This document shows, piece after piece, positions 11,878-24,459 of a stretch of DNA of 64,000 nucleotides (within the stretch, counting starts at the first letter, position 1; every line of letters begins with the position of its first letter). The translations under genes were made by a program, and so were the position numbers. Source of the stretch: Octopus vulgaris (taxonomy: Eukaryota); NCBI GenBank assembly GCA_951406725.2, contig OX597820.1, positions 112,158,001-112,222,000 on the forward strand. Reading direction: 5' to 3'. The notes below the pieces were generated by a model. That model did not search any database. It saw only the letters and a program-made list of their open reading frames with translations, and had not been told where the DNA came from.

Positions 11878-13352
11878 TTATCATCATCATCATCATTGTT
11901 TGATGTCCGCTTTCCATGCTGGCATGGGTTGGACGTATGACTGAGGGCTGGCGAACCAGATGGCTGCACCAGGCTCCAATCTGATCTGGCAGAGTTTCTA
12001 CAGATGGTTGCCCCTCCTAACACCAACCACTCTGAGAATGTAATGGTTGCTTTTACGTGCCACCAGCACAAGGGCCAGTCAGCTGCTCTGGCAACGATCA
12101 TGCTTGGATGGTGCTCTTAGCACTCCACTAGCACGGATGCCAGTCATCGAATTTGATTTCGATTTTGATTTCATTTGCCCCAATAGGTCTTCACAAACAG
12201 AGTTTAGTGTCCAATGAAGGAAAGGTATGCATAAGTGGGCTGGTTACACTCCTGGCATAGGCCATGAGGTTATGGTCTCACTTGGTTCCATCCCAGGTCT
12301 TCCTGGGTTTACCTCTTCCACAGGTTCCCTCAACCACTAGGGTGTGACACTTTTACACACAGCTATCGTCATCCATTCTCGCCACATGCCCATACCAGCG
12401 CAGTCGTCTCTCTTGCACACCACATCTGATGCTTCTTAGGTCCAACTTTTCTCTCAAGGTACTTACACTCTATCGAGTATGCACACTGACATTAAACATC
12501 CATTGGAGCATACTGGCTTCATTCCTTGCGAGCTTATGCATGTCCTCAGCAGTCACAGCCCATGTTTTACTGCCATGTAGCATGGCTGTCCGTACACATG
12601 TGTCATACAGTGTAGCTTTTACTCTGAGCGAGAGGCCTTTTGTCACCAGCAGGGGTAAGAGCTCTCTAAACTTTGCCCAGGCTATTCTTATTGTAGCAGC
12701 TACACTTTCAGTGCACCCTCCTCCGCTACTGACTTGGTCACCAAGATAACGGAAGCTATCAACTACTTCTACTTTTTCTCCCTGGAATGTGACAGAAGTT
12801 GTTCTCTGCACATTTTCAGTATTTATTGCTCCCAAGCATCTGCCACATACAAAAACTATCTTCCCAGTTAGCCTTCCTTTGATATTGCTGCACCTCTTAT
12901 GTGTCCATAGCTTACACTGGGTACATCTTATAGAGTTTCTACCTACGCCTTTTCTACAGATCGGGCAGGGCCATCTACCTGAAGGGATTTGTGGTTTGCC
13001 TGCCTTCTTACTTATTAGGACTTTGGTTTTAGCTAGGTTGACTCTAAGGCCCTTTGATTCTAATCCTTGTTTCCACACTTGAAACTTCTCCTTCAGTTCT
13101 GATAGTGACTCAGCAATTAGAGCAAGGTCGTCAGCATAGAGGAGCTCCCAGGGGCATCCTGTCTTGAATTCCTCTGTTGTTGCCTGGAGGACTATGATAA
13201 ATAGGAGGAGGCTGAGAACTGAACCTTGGTGGACCCCTACCTCTACTCGGAATTCTTCACTGTACTCGTTGCCAACCCTCACCTTACTGACAGTGTCCCT
13301 GTACATGGCTTGCACAGCTCTTACTAACCATTCATCTATCCCTAGTTTCCAT
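11878..13352 (-). mobile_element. 5'-truncated RTE-clade LINE
   Basis: Contains the RT ORF 12470-13315, a 3' UTR and a (GAT)n tail at 11880. Confidence 0.9.
12470..13315 (-). pseudogene. RTE reverse transcriptase fragment with embedded PHD-type zinc finger
   Basis: Motifs GVHQGSVLS, LLYADD, GLRVNLAKTK and FRYLG are present. A C4HC3 motif lies at 12836-12967. Confidence 0.9.
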
Positions 13353-15409
13353 GTCTATTCATAAGTCCTGACAGGGATATTCTATAGGCTTCTAGAAAAA
13401 TCTGTCATGCAATGTCTGGCTGCTGATTGGTTCATAACTTGGCAGCTCACTGGAAAATGCTGTTACTAAGATGTAATTTTAGCTTGGAAATCTGTTGATT
13501 TGGTTTCGAATCTTGCTACACTTTTTTAAAATTTAATTTTATTTATATTTTTGCTCTATGAATATGAAGTAAATCACACATTTAGAGTAGTACAGAATGC
13601 ATTTCCCTTTACAACAGAAAGTGGAGATCGACAGTCTTTTACAGAGACAGACAAATGCATAAACTCACTACCACCATCGTATTTTTTGATAAAATTCAGC
13701 TTCTTGTTGTGAACACAGAAGATTGTTTTGATATAAAAATTCAACCTCAGTCACTTATGCCAAGATGACACTTTGCAAATGTCATCTTGACATAAAGTAA
13801 TAGAAGCTGGAAGAAATTATTCAACAGCATTGTTGATGGTAAAAAATCAAAACTGATGTTCTTTGCTTGGACTTGAGGGGAATTTTGGCATTACATTTGC
13901 ATGGGACTTACCTTGCTATGGTAGAACAGAAATGAAGGTAAAATGAAGAGCAAATACATTTCGTAATTTCATTATTTCCGTCTCAGTTTAAAAAAAAAAA
14001 TTTCATTGTTACCTTATGTTCATTTTAAATCCACTATACTGAGTATTATTGTAGCATCTAGATGCTTGGTGGAGTGTGCATCTGCAAAAATTACTATGCT
14101 TAGGTCATGAACCTATTCAGAATTTTGAATTGCTTCTTTGTTTTGAGCATGTTAGAATACTTCGTAGGGAACTTTTTTGTCAGTAATGGAGAGCAGGTTA
14201 TTATCATTGAGTCCTGTTGGGAGAATCTTGTATGTCTTAGAGTGTACAAATTTTTTCACTTGTCTAGATTTTAAGTATCACTCTTGTGATATCTGTGTAA
14301 CTGATGAATATGATTGGCTGGATATTTTTTGTCTATATCCAACAATATGATAAAGAACAAAAATGGACTCAGAACAGTATCTTGTGACACTCACATCTTT
14401 TGGTTAGCTATAACCTTTTAACTTTGGTCATTCAAGAACTCACAGACCCAAATACCCAACCTTTTTCTTATGCTAATGTTTCTTCAGCTTAAGACATAGG
14501 TCATGATGAACCTGTCTGTTTGTCAGTATCTATGTATGTATTTGAGTGTGTGTACGTACCCAAGCCATCACGGGAACTGTAGAAATCTGTAAAACATTTC
14601 AGACATTTATTTTTCAAGTATATATGCACATGTTTAGACATGCAACTATAAGCATGAGAATACATACATAAAACAAAACATACAAATCTGCACAAGCACT
14701 GACTCCAAATACTGCACATATATAAACATATATGTAAAAACACCCTGTTGATGTTGTTGAAATTCCAACAAAAGAGGCTTGGATCTAGGTTAGAAACCAG
14801 TTCTTTCTCTATTGGCAAGAAATCTTGAAATAAACTGAATAATGACATCATTCTTACAAGCATACATACACATCAACAGTCAGTAACTCAAAAGAAAAGA
14901 AGGTGGAAGAGGCTTAAAATCAGTGCAGACAATTTTCAAGTGCTGTATGATATCACTCAGACAGCAGCCACTAAACAAGAGCAGCAAAAATATAGACATC
15001 TGCCAAATGCTTGAAATTGAAGTGAACTACATCCTTTGGGTTGGTAGTGAACTCCTCAAGAAATACCCATTTCCTGATGACCTCCCTTATGAACTCAGAT
15101 ATTTTAATAAAGATCTGGAAGAGAAACACTACAAGTCACAAAAAGGTGTTTCCTGTAAACTATTGATAGATAGAAATGACAATAATGGCTTCAAAGTTTG
15201 GCACAAGGCCAGCAAATTCAGAAAAGGGAATGAGTCAATTATCATGACCCCAGTGCGTAACTGGTACTTATTTTATCAACCCTGAAAGGATGAAAGGCAA
15301 AGTCAACCATAGTGGAATTTAGACTCAGAGCATAAAGATGGATGAAATGCTGCCCAGCATTTTGCCCAGTGTGCTAGCGATTCTGCCAGCTTGCTGCCTT
15401 AGTAAAAGA

Positions 15410-15690
15410 TGACAATGTTAACATGAAAAGTAGTCTCTCTTGGAACTTCTGACTGTCAGTTCATGTCATACCTTGAAGGCTATATTTTAGGAATCCACAA
15501 GCTGGAGATTGCTACAAAATATCTATGAACAAATGTTGGTTATGTCACTCTTTCGTGGAGGACATAACACATGTAATCAGCAGCTGTCCAGAAATTTTAT
15601 TGAGGTACTACCTCTCAATGCAACATGAGGTTGATAAAACAATATGCAATACCGTCTCCAGAAAAGCCTACCCAGGGATGGAATATGTAC
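15410..15690 (+). mobile_element. Fragment of an RLE-type (R4/NeSL-like) non-LTR element
   Basis: CWLCHSFVEDITHVISSC zinc knuckle followed by an RH-like motif. Confidence 0.55.
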
Positions 15691-16641
15691 ATATCAGCAC
15701 CGGGAATATTGGTGTTTACATCCCTGTAGCTTAGCAGTTTGGCAAAAGTGACTGATAGAATAAGTGGTAGGCTTAACAAAATTATAAGTACAAGAGTCTA
15801 TTCATTCAGCACAAAATTCTTCAAGGCAGCATCCCAGCATGGCTACAGTCTAATGACTGAGACAAATAAAAGATCTTATGCCCAATCCATTGTATGGAGT
15901 AGCACTGTGCATAGTGTATATTCTGGAACATATATAGATATTTATATTCTGATGATGTATTTCTGCCAAGACAAACATGCACCATAACTTAATGTATTTT
16001 GCAAGTAGCATTTCTCATAATTCTTATATTATGATTAAATATCTACAAGTTACAATAATTTTCTTAGTTTGATTGACCTTGAGTGAAGAAACAGGCAACA
16101 GAATTTTGTAAACTCCCAAAGAGAAAACACTTCAGTTTAGTTGATTTATGAAAATATACTGTTATGTGTAGATAGCAGTAACATGATTCATTGTGTATTT
16201 CCATTGTTAAGGGTTGTTTCAGAGAACATAAGCACTAGTGCTATGTAATAAAATTTAATTATTCCTGGGATTATGGAATAGTCTCTGATTGTTGTCAGGG
16301 TGCATCATTGTAGGTAAGGGCTTTGCATTTTCCTAAAATCTATGACAACATAAAACCCATATGAATTCCTGTTGCTTTTGTTCCATTGGTGAAGTTTTGT
16401 TTTGTGATTCAGAAAGCAAAATTGCTGAAGTTGGCAAAGATTGGCATAATAACGTAATGTTTGATAGTACTTGACTTAAATTTGGTAATGAAACAGAGCT
16501 GGAAGAATGTTTTGATTTTTTTTTCTGAAAAGCAATTCTTTCACTTTCCCCATTGAGTTTCTAGCAAATGATGATCTCTGATGATTTTAGAAGTTTTACT
16601 TTCTGGATCACAAAATCACTGCATTTCCCTTGCCCAGTCAT

Positions 16642-16663
16642 CTATATAGATATAAAACTGAGG

Positions 16664-16700
<37 letters not shown>

Positions 16701-17015
16701 CGTGTGTGGGTGTGCCTATCTATCTGCCTGCTGTCTGTCTGTGTGCATCACTAAAACTTGAGAACTACCCAACCAATTTCATTCAAATTTTACACATGCC
16801 TTACTTAGGGTCCATGGAGTGTTATGGGCAAATTAAAAATTTTCAACTTCTTGCCTGATGCGAACCCGGAGCAATCTCTTATCTCTTACACTATTTCAGT
16901 ATTACATGTAAAAAGTGAAACAATAACATCTCTACTGTAATGTGAGTTTTAATACTTTCACTATTACTTCTTTCTTTATGTATATAATAAAAATATATTG
17001 AAATTATTAATACTG
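16642..17015 (+). mobile_element. Non-autonomous Helitron-like 5' portion
   Basis: Starts TCTATATAGATATAAAACTG then (TG)n and (CTGT)n, the same 5' end as the element ending at 48272. Confidence 0.5.
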
Positions 17016-17082
17016 GCATGTGTATATGTGTATATGTGTATATGTGTATATAAATCTGCACACATATATGTATATATGAATA

Positions 17083-17342
17083 TGCGTGTTGTGTTCTTGA
17101 GCAAGGCACTTTATTTCACGTTGCTCCAGTTCACTCAGCTGTAGAAATGAGTTGCGATGTCACTGGTGCCAAACTGTATCGACCTTTGTCTTTCCCTTGG
17201 ATAACACTGGTGGCGTGGAGAGGGGAGGCTGGTATGCATGGGCGACTGCTGGTCTTCCATAAACAACCTTGCCCAGACTTGTGTCTAGAAGGGTAACTTT
17301 CTAGGTGCAATCCCATGGTCATTCATGACCGAAAGGGGTCTT
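17083..17342 (+). mobile_element. tRNA-derived SINE family C, 5'-truncated
   Basis: GTGTTGTGTTCTTGAGCAAGGCACTTTATTTCAC body, nearly identical to 28880-29218. Confidence 0.8.
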
Positions 17343-17374
<32 letters not shown>

Positions 17375-17486
17375 GATGTATATGTATATATGCATATAAA
17401 TACATGTATAAATATATACATATAGATTTATATGTATATATATTTATTTATAAAATTTAATATACAATTATTCATAATTATAGTAT

Positions 17487-17578
17487 CCTACGCTGATGAG
17501 AAAAGAAGTTTGGGTAAGGTAGAATTTTCTAATTCTTATGCTTTCCTAAAACTTGATTTCGAAACGTATGTCCGTAGG
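17487..17578 (+). ncRNA. Canonical type I hammerhead ribozyme with long stem II
   Basis: Stem I CCTACG/CGTAGG; CTGATGA 17493-99; stem II GAAA/TTTC, AAGTTT/AAACTT and AGAATT/AATTCT; GAAA 17561-64; C-gtat-G; GUC with cut after 17572. Confidence 0.85.
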
Positions 17579-17644
17579 TAACTTAAAATTGTATGATAGA
17601 TTGCCGTCATTTCATTCTCTCTTACCTGTCTGTGTTTGCCTTTC

Positions 17645-17767
17645 AAGTGCTGTGGTTTTACTGAGATCTCCCTTTTAGTAGAAAGAATAGCTATAACTCT
17701 TTGACTGCTATTTCTAAATTCGGTATGTGGTGAGGCAATTCGTTGCTAAACCCTTAATTGCTTAGTA

Positions 17768-17845
<78 letters not shown>

Positions 17846-17982
17846 CGTGTTTTGTTCTTGAGTGCTTTGGTTTTACTAGGATCTCCCTTTAAAGTAGAAG
17901 GAATAGCCAATACTTTTTGACTGCTATTTCTAAATTCGGTGTGTGGTGAGGCAAATCGTTGCTGAACCCTAATTATTTAGTA
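17645..17982 (+). repeat. Diverged ~125-bp direct repeat (17645-17770 and 17860-17982) separated by (TA)n; likely PLE pLTR 3' ends
   Basis: Both copies share GACTGCTATTTCTAAATTCGGTRTGTGGTGAGGCAA and lie directly downstream of the HHR. Confidence 0.75.
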
Positions 17983-18042
17983 ATATCTATATCTATATAT
18001 ATCTGTCAAAAATTGTGAAGCATGACTGTCACCACTCCTACA

Positions 18043-18087
18043 TGAACCTGAAGATTGCAGAATTTAATGCATGAAAGTACTAGTTCA
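18043..18087 (+). ncRNA. Minimal type I hammerhead ribozyme
   Basis: TGAAC/GTTCA stem I; CTGAAGA 18048-54; TGCA/TGCA stem II; GAAA; palindromic AGTACT stem III; CUA with cut after 18082. Confidence 0.75.
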
Positions 18088-18264
18088 ATCATAATGAACA
18101 TTTAACATACTATTATTTTATTTTATTTTATTATATTATATTATATTATCTTATATTATATCATTATAAGATTGTAAATAAAACGTGAAAATCAGACAAG
18201 GTTGGAACTCCTTTTATTAATATATTCTTCTATACACAATCACACCCACCCGTATATATATCTA

Positions 18265-18358
<94 letters not shown>

Positions 18359-18693
18359 CACATGAATATTATATTTATAAATATATGTATGCACATATAT
18401 ATAGGATCTTTTCCTTTTCATGGGCAGCTCGATTAATTAATTTTCTTTAACTAAACACTTTGAAACCGTATACTGGTAAAATGTCTCATGTATAACTTGT
18501 TTTACTCTTAGCATTGTTAAGAAAAGTTTCTATTTTCAAAGTTGTTTCATGTTAAAGTTGACATACTTGTATATATGTAGATATTTGTATATATATGTGT
18601 GTGTATATATATATATGTGTGTGTGTGTGTGTATAGTTATATATTTATGTATATATATCTATATATATTTATGTACATATATATATGTATACA

Positions 18694-19411
18694 AGATGAG
18701 TTGCCCCTGGGAGCTCCTCTATGTTGATGACCTGGCCCTCATAGCAGAATCACTACCGGAACTAGAAAAAAAATTTCGGCTGTGGAAGCAAGGTTTAGAA
18801 TCAAAAGGCCTTAGAGTCAATGTAGCAAAGACCAAAGTTCTAGTAAGTAGGAAGGCAAACTCATCACACACACCCTTAGGTAGGTGGCCCTGCTCGATCT
18901 GTAGAAAAGGTGTAGGTAGAAGCTCCATAAGATGTACCCAGTGTAAGCTATGGATGCATAAGAGGTGCAGCAACATCAAAGGAAGATTAACTGGGGAGAT
19001 AGCTTTCGTGTGTGGCAGATGCACAGGGGCAATAGACACCACAGATACTCAGAAAACAGATTCCATCACACTCCAGTGAGAGAAATAGAAGTAGTTGATA
19101 GCTTCCGCTAACTAGGTGACCAAGTTAGTAGTGGAAGTGGATGCCCAGAGAGTGTCACCACTAGAATACGAATAGCCTGGGCAAAGTTTAGAAAGCTCCT
19201 ACCCCTACTGGTGACAAAGGGTCTCTCGCTCAGAGTGAAAGGTAGATTGTATGATGAATATGTGCAAAATGCCATGCTTCACGGCAGTGAAACATGGGCC
19301 GTGACTGTGGAGGACAAGCGTAAGCTCAAAAGAAATGAAGCTAGCATGATCCACTGGATGTGTAATGTCAGTGTGAACACACAACAGAGTGTAAGCACCC
19401 TGAGAGAAGCA
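18694..19411 (+). mobile_element. RTE LINE internal fragment (RT with PHD finger)
   Basis: CPWELLYVDD...CSICRKGVGRSSIRCTQCKLWMHKRC...CGRC, a paralog of 12470-13315. Microsatellites flank both ends. Confidence 0.9.
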
Positions 19412-19689
19412 TTGAATGCATGTCTATATACATACATATATATTTGTGTGTATATATACATGTATATAAATATATACATGTATATATATATATATACATG
19501 TATATATATATACACATGTATATATATACCCATGTATATTTATATATGTATACATGTATATATGTATACATGTATATATGTATATAGATACATGTCTATA
19601 TATGTATATATATATATATACATATGTATATACATGCATATATATATATATGTATGCATATTTGAAAAATGTGTATAGGTAACACATGA

Positions 19690-20160
19690 GTAAGTAGATA
19701 TTTATGAAAAACAAGAACGACAATGCCGCTTTCTTAAAATTAGGTACATTTTAATTTTCCTTTATATAAATACATTTACATGTTTCAGTTTTTGAAAAAC
19801 CTTATCAAAAATATGTACCAAAATGGAATGTGTGGAGTGAAAAGTACTATTAATAAAATAAAATTAAAATTAAAATTAAGATTAACATTCATAGTTTACT
19901 TTCCTTTTTCCTGCAAGAACATGTGGTAATTTCTGTTAGTTTTGGTGGCATTAAATAGTGTGATCAAGACTTGTTTTTTATAGGAATGGCTGTAGCAGCT
20001 GAATAACTAGCAGCAGTAGTAATAATAGTTGTTGTGTTGAAGTTGTTCCCTCTGGCGTTTTAATAGAAATCGGGTTTTTCTAGCCCTTGTCATTATTTCT
20101 TATGAATAACTTGCATATCCACATATCCATATATATATACATACACACACATACCCCTAT

Positions 20161-20195
<35 letters not shown>

Positions 20196-21065
20196 CACAC
20201 ATCCAGATACATACACATACTCATGTATACATACATATACATACATGTACACACACAAACATATATATATATGTACACACATATACACATACATACACAC
20301 ATGCATATATATACATTTATATTCATATATATATACATATATATACACATACACAAACATATACATACACATATAGACACACATACACACATACATATAC
20401 ATACATATGCATTCACATACATAAATATATAAAAAAAAAGTCTCAGTATTGCTAGTTTAGAGAATTTAGCCTCGGTCGATATTTTCTTATGAAATGCATT
20501 TCCTTGCTAACGTGTTCATTTTGGTTAGCATTGTCTTTGAATTTGTAGAATGGAAATGGTGTGAATTTGGGAAATTTGTTGGATGAACATTCATCGATGT
20601 GCTGGCTGAGAGGTATTTTCCTGTCTTCCAGAATCCTGACTGCCATCCTCTCACGTTGGCTGTTTTTTGTGTGTCCCATATATTGCCATTTATATCTCAA
20701 GCATATAATTAAGTAAATCAAGTTCTCCAATGCACATGTAAAATTAGTTTTTATGGTGATTTTGGTTGCCTTGTTCTAATCGGTATTCTGATCCTTCTAT
20801 TATGTTGATACAGATCCCACAGTTGGGTCTCCTGCATTTTCTTACTGTTGCCTTAGTGCTTATTGTTGAGTGTAATTTGGTTTAAAATCTTTTTCATTGA
20901 TTTTGGTTGTCTCTTACTTTTGGCGATTGTGTGTGTTTTGAGGATTTGATTCATCTTTGAGTCTCTCTTGAGTAGAGCTGTGCTGTGGAACATAGTGTTG
21001 AAGGCCTCATTGTTATGTGGGTTGTGTATGGAATTGCAAGGCAGGGTTTTCAATGTTCCTTCCTT
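19690..21065 (-). mobile_element. Penelope-like element 3' part: GIY-YIG endonuclease remnant plus pLTR with degenerate HHR
   Basis: ORF 20452-20730 reads NLIYLIIC...QYMGHT...E..FIRKYRPRLN, and ORF 20853-21089 has KSKRQPKSMKKIL. A decayed HHR lies on minus at 19771-19817 (TTGATAA..GAAA-CATG-TA). Confidence 0.8.
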
Positions 21066-21559
21066 CTGTGTGTGTGTGTGACTTGACAACCAATGTTTCT
21101 GTGTTTACGTCCCTATAACTTAGCCATTTGGCAAAATAAACTGATAGAACAAATACTAGGCTTATAAAGAATAAATCCTGGGGTCGATTTCTTCAACTAA
21201 AGGCGGAACCCCAGCATGGCCACAGTCACATGACCGAAACAAGTAAAACAATAAAAAAAACTATGCCATTTTAATCACAAGTTTCACTGGTTATCTCTGC
21301 TAGTTTATGATAATGTGAACTTTTATGTTCTCCCGTTGCTAGGAAATCATTAACTGGTCTAGTAATCATATCTTATGAGTTGAAAAGCATAAAAAGACAT
21401 GGCAAGATGGATGGTATTGTTGCTGCTATTGTTAATATTGTTTAACTCTAAGTCAACCCTGATTGAGCAAAGTTATGATTAAAGACTATATAACTGTGAC
21501 CATCCCGTGTTTTTCCCTTCATGCAGGGATCTCCAGGACGCATCATCAAACATGTTTAT

Positions 21560-21790
21560 AAGGCGGTGAGCTGGCAGAAACGTTAGCATGCTGGACGAAA
21601 AGCTTAGCGGTATTTCGTCTGCCATTATGTTCTGGGTTCAAATTCCGCTGAGGTCGACTTCACCTTTCATCCTTTCGGGATCGATAAATTAAGTACCAGT
21701 TACGCACTGGGGTCAATGTAATCGACTTAATCCGTTTGTCTGTCCTTGTTCGTCCCCTCTGTTTAGCCCCTTGTGGGCAATAAAGAAATA
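21560..21790 (+). mobile_element. SINE family A (Meta-domain-type), well preserved; other copies at 15185-15402, 23452-23635, 32965-33070, 36965-37200, 40325-40520
   Basis: A-box/B-box-like head and CCTTTCATCCTTTCGGGATCGATAAATTAAGTACCAG body. Confidence 0.8.
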
Positions 21791-22314
21791 ACATCATCAA
21801 ACATGTTCTCTTTTAGGTGGTGAGGTGTGATTTGAAGAAATCTGGTAGCAGACTTTTGAAATGGTTATCACTATCTCATGAGGAGGGAAAAGGACATGAA
21901 ATTGACAGGACCGAAATATAAAAGTTAAACTTTTAGAAAAAAATAATCTTTCATAATCGTAATTCCCATTGAATGGAACACAGGAATATCAAAAATTATG
22001 AAGAAGCTATTTTCTTTCCTCATGATGTAATGATAGCTATTCCTTAAGACCACCAGTTTGGCTACTATTTTTATTTAGCAGGTTGAGCAATCCTGTAAAG
22101 ATCCTGTCAATGGCTCCTTGTGGTGTTGGGGTGGATGAGGGGGGGGTGTTGAGGTTTCAGCACCTTGGCACTTGTTATTGTGCTTACATATTTATCTTCA
22201 AGTGAATAGTCAGCCATAAACAAACTACACAAAACCTTCACACATTGACACAATATGGAACACAATGGACATATCACATGTACTCTACACTCACTGCCAG
22301 CACACACATAGTCA

Positions 22315-22620
22315 CATACATACATACATACATACATACATACATACACACACACATACATACATACATACATACATACATACATACATACATACATACA
22401 TACACACACACATACATACATACATACATACATACATACACACATACACACATACACATATACATATATACATACATATATACATACATACATACATATA
22501 TACACACATACACACACATACATACATACATACATACATACATACATACATACATACATACATACATACATACATACATACATACATACATACATACATA
22601 CATGCATACATACATATACA
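22315..22620. repeat. (TACA)n microsatellite
   Basis: Direct reading. Confidence 0.95.
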
Positions 22621-22818
22621 TTCATATGCAGACACTCACCCATTTACACACACAGAAACACACACACATATACAATTACATTCTCATATTCACAGGCATA
22701 CACACGTACACACACACACACACACACATGTACACAGACTTGTTCATACACACGCATTTACAATTACACATACACAACCAGACATTTACATACAAAAGAA
22801 TTTACTTATGTATACATA

Positions 22819-23228
22819 AGGAGTGGCTGTGTGGTAAGTAGCTTGCTAACCAACCACATGGTTCCGGGTTCAGTCCCACTGCATGGCATCTTGGGCAAGT
22901 GTCTTCTACTATAGCCCCGGGCTGACCAATGCCTTGTGAGTGGATTTGGTAGACGGAAACTGAAAGAAGCCTGTCGTATATATGTATATATATATATATG
23001 TATGTATGTGTATGTGTTTGTGTGTCTGTGTTTGTACCCCTAGCATTGCTTGACAACCAATACTGGTGTGTTTACGTCCCCGTCACTTAGCGGTTTGGCA
23101 AAAGAGACCGATAGAATAAGTACTGGGCTTACAAAGAATAAGTCCCGGGGTCGATTTGCTCGACTAAAGGCAGTGCTCCAGCATGGCCGCAGTCAAATGA
23201 CTGAAACGAGTAAAAGAGTAAAGAGTAA
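22819..23228 (+). mobile_element. tRNA-derived SINE family B, full length; other copies at 15700-15870, 21065-21260, 31480-31920, 40968-41445
   Basis: Head GTGGCTGTGTGGTAAG...GGTTCAGTCCC, CORE-like CTTGGGCAAGTG, internal (TA/TG)n, and tail GACTGAAAC-(GTAAAAGA)n. Confidence 0.85.
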
Positions 23229-24459
23229 AGAGATACACACATATTTATGTATATGCCCCTGTCAAACTGTTCAACCCATGCCAGCATGGAAAACAGATGT
23301 AAATGATGATGATGATGATGGCACATATATATATACATATATTCATACACATAATCATTTACTAACACATACAAACATGCCTTTAGTTAAATATTTGAAG
23401 AGGCACAAAAAATACACATTTACACACATAATTACATATACATCATATTGATTTCAAATTTTGGTACAAGGCCAGCAATTTCGGGGGAGGGATAAGTCGA
23501 TTACATCCCAGTGACTCATTGAGACCTACTTTATCAACCCTGAAAAGTTGGAAGGGAAAGTTGACCTCAGCAGAATTTGAACTCAGAATGTAAAGATGGA
23601 CAAAATGCTTAACTGTTCTGCCAGTTTGCTATCTTATATGCACGTCACATTAACATAAAAAATGCACATTATGCATATTAATATATACATGAACATACCA
23701 GGTTGAATCAAAAGTTTTTCATATTTCAAGCTTTAATTGACAGTTCAAACAAATTACATACAAAATATATCCCAAAACATGTCCCATCATATTCTATTGT
23801 CTGTTGCCATTCTGCTTATACCATTTGGTTGATTTAGAGGCAAAAATCGCCCAGCATTTGTTTTCAACATAATCCGTATATTGTTGAGCCTCTGTCTGGG
23901 CAGGAAATGAGTCATGGCTCAGAAAAGGTGGTAATCTGATGGTATAAGAGATCTGGACTGTAGGTGGGGTAAGGCAGCACTTCCAGCTCCTCAGGTTCCT
24001 CAAGTTTGTGCTTGGTTACATGGGCAGTGAGTGCTGGGCCACTGTAGGAGTGCATGTCTTCGATTGATCAATGGTGAGTAACTGCCTTTCAAAGCATCAC
24101 ACACTTGCTGCAGCTGTTGAGCATAAAGCTTGGTGTTCTCAGCATTGCCATCTGGGACAAGCTCAGAGTGCAACACTGCCTCATAATTCTAACAAAATTA
24201 CATGATCTTCTGTTCAAACTGCCTTTGTTTGATAACAGGTTCTGAAGCCAGGCTAGAATGAAGCCTCTTGTTAGGATTATAAATATAGATTCATTTTCCC
24301 TTTCCAGTTACAATTCAACACCAAAGACAGACATTTCAAGGATTTGCTGGCAGCTGTTTGCAAATGTTCATACATTGTTGAGCCTGGTTGTTGGTCAGTT
24401 CATGAAGAGCTTTTCAATTACGTCTGTTTACAAGGCCCATCGTATGAGGGTGTTGATTG

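Noticed and set aside
13380-14400. Possible decayed DNA transposon (also 16020-16640)
   Set aside because: No TIR, TSD or transposase motif could be confirmed.
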